Of a stretch of 17,658 nucleotides of DNA, positions 16,883 to 17,658 are shown piece by piece (positions within the stretch are counted from its first letter, which is position 1; the number at the start of each line of letters is the position of its first letter). The stretch lies in contig JAQGDQ010002500.1 of the NCBI GenBank assembly GCA_030141605.1, forward strand, positions 1 through 17,658, given 5' to 3'. The translations under genes were made by a program, and so were the position numbers. The stretch is from Tubiluchus corallicola. Its lineage: Eukaryota; Animalia; Priapulida. The notes beneath the pieces are model-generated. The model searched no databases. It was not told where the DNA came from and was given only the letters and a program-made list of their open reading frames with translations.

Positions 16883-17656
16883 TCACCCTCCCATTATTGT
16901 AATTCCGGGCATTGGATAACCATAATTTATTTGATATTTTGTGTTTGTTAAATTCTCTCCTGATGTAAAAAAGGTCAAATATTTCTTTAATTGATAATTA
17001 AGCTTAGCATTTAGAAGTAGGTAGTTTTCATCTATTTTTTCAGTTTCATCTGTTTTTAGATAAAGACCATGAATGTATTGAAGGTTGGCGCTAATAGAAA
17101 ATTTCTTTATAGTATATTGTGTGTTGATGGCAAATTGATGTTTGGGAGATGCTAATTTTGGTTCATCCATATTTAAATAGCTATAATTTGTGCTAAATAC
17201 CAAATTAGATAAAACATGATAGCGTGCTTCTACTTCCAATCCATAATGCTCAAATTCTCCTACATTTTGATTAATAAAAGGCGGGTCACTTGATGGATTA
17301 GGGGCATTTTGAATCAAATTTTCTCCATTATTATAAAATAGTGTTCCTTCTAACACAAGTGGATATTTGCTTGACTCATATTTAGCACCAAACTCATAGT
17401 TCCACATGGTCTCTGGTAATAGATTTTCATTGGCAATAGGGAAAAAATATAACTCTCTAATGTTCGGGCTTCTATATCCTTTCGAAACTAATGCTTTAAA
17501 AGTAAAGAGGTTTGATGCTTGATAAGCAAAGCCTAACTGTGGTATCCATTCGTTACCAAAAATAGAATGATATTGATAACGAATGCCTGCATTGGTTGTT
17601 AATTTGTTGAAAAATAGATGTTGAACAAACGCAAATGTACCTGATTCATTTACATA
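16883..17656 (-). CDS. TonB-dependent outer-membrane receptor, C-terminal part (5'-partial, C-terminus looks truncated)
   Basis: I translated the frame open to the window edge: ...NAGIRYQYHSIFGNEWIPQLGF...VSKGYRSPNIRELY...NENLLPETMWNYEFG, then YGLEVEA, NYSYL, ENLTNTKY and GYPMPG, all typical barrel motifs. The substrate cannot be assigned. Confidence 0.92.
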   Translation of the reverse strand, partial: YVNESGTFAFVQHLFFNKLTTNAGIRYQYHSIFGNEWIPQLGFAYQASNLFTFKALVSKGYRSPNIRELYFFPIANENLLPETMWNYEFGAKYESSKYPLVLEGTLFYNNGENLIQNAPNPSSDPPFINQNVGEFEHYGLEVEARYHVLSNLVFSTNYSYLNMDEPKLASPKHQFAINTQYTIKKFSISANLQYIHGLYLKTDETEKIDENYLLLNAKLNYQLKKYLTFFTSGENLTNTKYQINYGYPMPGITIMGG

Positions 17657-17658
17657 TA

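Noticed and set aside
16874-16885. TGA recoding or readthrough to explain the receptor's early stop
   Set aside because: Readthrough adds only X-H-R before a TAA and gives no terminal aromatic residue. The intact genes are full length under the standard code, and the TPR break has TAA/TAG stops plus frame changes.
16657-16902. 81-aa plus-strand ORF in the spacer
   Set aside because: Phe/Leu/Cys-rich composition typical of translated non-coding AT-rich DNA, no known motif, and it overlaps the receptor's 3' end. I cannot fully exclude it without a search.
1-17658. CRISPR array, tRNA/rRNA, IS element, riboswitch or defence system
   Set aside because: No regularly spaced repeats, cloverleaf, transposase, integrase or nuclease motifs were seen. 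The receptor's 5' leader, where a riboswitch might sit, is outside the window.

Overview
AT-rich chromosomal window from a Bacteroidota bacterium, most likely Cytophagales. This rests on sprA next to ruvA, TAnnTTTG promoters and the TPR-comA pairing. Plus strand: 5'-partial YifB/ComM Mg-chelatase-like ATPase, cold-shock protein with a clear terminator, YitT membrane protein, hemE and lpdA. Minus strand, read from the right: 3' part of a TonB-dependent receptor, a conserved TPR protein split into two ORFs, phosphosulfolactate synthase (ComA-like), a GT-A glycosyltransferase, ruvA and the full-length 7.1-kb T9SS translocon sprA. I saw no tRNA, rRNA, CRISPR array, transposase or defence system, so the window is mostly housekeeping. 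Two things stand out. First, four genes in the right-hand 3.6 kb carry reading-frame lesions (ruvA start, the ComA IDIVKFGW motif, the middle of the TPR gene, the receptor's last beta-strand), while the left 12.7 kb has no evident frameshift; this is either sequencing error or local decay. Second, there is a tightly coupled TPR-comA-glycosyltransferase unit, the only candidate for an undescribed pathway, and that idea is speculative. Smaller points are a Cys-less zinc site in ComM and several intergenic hairpins and palindromes. All family assignments come from motif recognition, not from database searches.
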